From Candidatus Saccharimonadota bacterium (GTDB taxonomy: Bacteria; Pseudomonadota; Gammaproteobacteria; Enterobacterales; Enterobacteriaceae), in the NCBI RefSeq assembly GCF_012571345.1, contig NZ_CP046218.1, positions 126,392 to 145,046 of the forward strand: DNA of 18,655 nucleotides, read 5' to 3'. Both the position numbers and the translations under genes were made by a program. Every line of letters starts with the position of its first letter. The first letter of the stretch is position 1. The notes below the pieces were generated by a model that saw only the letters and a program-made list of their open reading frames with translations, was not told the DNA's origin and ran no database searches. Shown piece after piece: positions 17,595 through 18,655 of the stretch.

Positions 17595-18655
17595 ATAACA
17601 TTAATTATAGGTTTAGGCACAACAGGACTCTCATGTATTAATTTTTTAATACAAAAAGGTATTATACCATATGTTATAGATCAAGATATAAATCCTATAT
17701 ATAAAAACCAAATACCTAAATTTATACCATATTGTTTTGGCATATTTAAGAAAAAATGGATTTTAAATGCCAAATTAATTATTATTAGTCCTGGTGTTTC
17801 TATTTTTCATCCTTTATTACAACAAGCTAAAAGATGCGGTATTAATATTATTGGTGATATCGAATTATTTTGTTTATATAATACCACACCAGTAGTTGCT
17901 ATTACAGGTACTAATGGTAAAAGTACAATTATAAAAATCTTAAAACAAATTATTGATACATATAAATATAATATTGGTATCGGTGGTAATATAGGTTACC
18001 CTGCATTAAATTTACTATCTCAACCAAAAGATTTTTATATCTTAGAAATCTCTAGTTTTCAATTAGAAACTATAAAAAGTTTACAAGCATATATTGCGGT
18101 AATACTGAATATAACTGAAGATCATATAGATCGTTATCCTTTAGGTTTTTCCCAATATTGTTATTATAAATCACGTATTTATAATAATTCCCAAACTTGT
18201 ATCTATAATATAGATGATATATACACATATCCTGTGCATTTTAATAAAAAAACAAAATACATTACTTTTGGTAAACATAATAACAGTATATATCAATTAT
18301 TTTATTATAAAAATAATATGTATTTGAAAATAAAAAAAAAAATAATATTAAATTTTAATAAAACAAAGCTAATAGGTATACATAATTATCTTAATGCTTT
18401 AACAGTTATGTCTATAACTGACATATTAAATATCTCTAGACAACATGCTTTAAACATTATTAAAAATTTTACAAATAACCAACATACTTTACAAATTATT
18501 AGTAAAAAAAATAATGTTACATGGATTAATGATTCTAAATCTACAAATGTTTATAGTACTATAGCAGCATTAAAATCTTTATCAAATAAACAAAAAATTT
18601 GGTTATTGTTAGGTGGTTATGATAAAAACTGCAATTTATACTTATTAAAGGAATA
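17583..18655 (+). CDS. murD: UDP-N-acetylmuramoylalanine--D-glutamate ligase, N-terminal ~357 codons; continues beyond the right window edge
   Basis: Absent from the ORF track because there is no stop in the window. My translation from ATG 17583 is open to the window end: MTNNITLIIGLGTTGLSCINFLIQKGI...IISPGVSIFHPLL..GINIIGDIELFC..PVVAITGTNGKSTI...GIGGNIGYPALNLL...ILEISSFQLET...VILNITEDHIDRYP...GIHNYLNALTV...WINDSKSTNV. E. coli MurD has VVIIGLGLTGLSCVDFF, GDIELFC, IVAITGSNGKST, GGNIGLPAL, LELSSFQLET, LNVTEDHMDRYP, GQHNYTNALAA and WINDSKATNV. In-frame TGA 17574-17576 excludes the upstream ATGs. Confidence 0.93.
   Translation, partial: MTNNITLIIGLGTTGLSCINFLIQKGIIPYVIDQDINPIYKNQIPKFIPYCFGIFKKKWILNAKLIIISPGVSIFHPLLQQAKRCGINIIGDIELFCLYNTTPVVAITGTNGKSTIIKILKQIIDTYKYNIGIGGNIGYPALNLLSQPKDFYILEISSFQLETIKSLQAYIAVILNITEDHIDRYPLGFSQYCYYKSRIYNNSQTCIYNIDDIYTYPVHFNKKTKYITFGKHNNSIYQLFYYKNNMYLKIKKKIILNFNKTKLIGIHNYLNALTVMSITDILNISRQHALNIIKNFTNNQHTLQIISKKNNVTWINDSKSTNVYSTIAALKSLSNKQKIWLLLGGYDKNCNLYLLKE

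Noticed and set aside
1-18655. A novel defence, accessory or mobile multi-gene system
   Set aside because: Every ORF longer than 90 aa that is not a shadow ORF is a recognisable, colinear orthologue of a core E. coli housekeeping gene. No unassigned coding space remains. Claiming a new system here would not be supported by the sequence.

Overview
This window is core housekeeping DNA from an extremely AT-rich, gene-dense genome. G+C looks like roughly one fifth to one quarter by eye on sampled lines; I did not compute it. The proteins are rich in I/K/N/Y/F yet align along their full length with E. coli orthologues as I recall them. Together these features fit a reduced-genome, Enterobacterales-derived insect endosymbiont (Buchnera/Wigglesworthia/Blochmannia type); the species cannot be named from the sequence alone. 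I support 13 protein genes. On the minus strand: mscS (5' part only, runs off the left edge), fbaA, pgk, tktA, gyrA, mutS and ybhL. On the plus strand: metK, then the dcw-cluster genes rsmH, murE, murF, mraY and murD (runs off the right edge). Neither edge-truncated gene is in the ORF track. I found no tRNA, rRNA, CRISPR array, mobile element or accessory/defence island. Intergenic spacers are 20-231 bp of nearly pure A/T. I therefore see no evidence for a novel multi-gene system here. The points worth a second look are smaller in scale. (1) A perfect 10-bp tandem repeat (4.7 copies) is built from the mraY-stop/murD-start ATGA overlap. (2) The dcw cluster lacks ftsL and ftsI between rsmH and murE, and lacks mraZ upstream of rsmH. 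(3) MutS is full-length and open, but it has Asn at the conserved 'ATH(Y/F)' histidine, lacks the C-terminal ~45 residues, and has an A10 tract near its 5' end. (4) Long in-frame poly(A) tracts also occur in metK and murD. (5) GyrA lacks the acidic tail.
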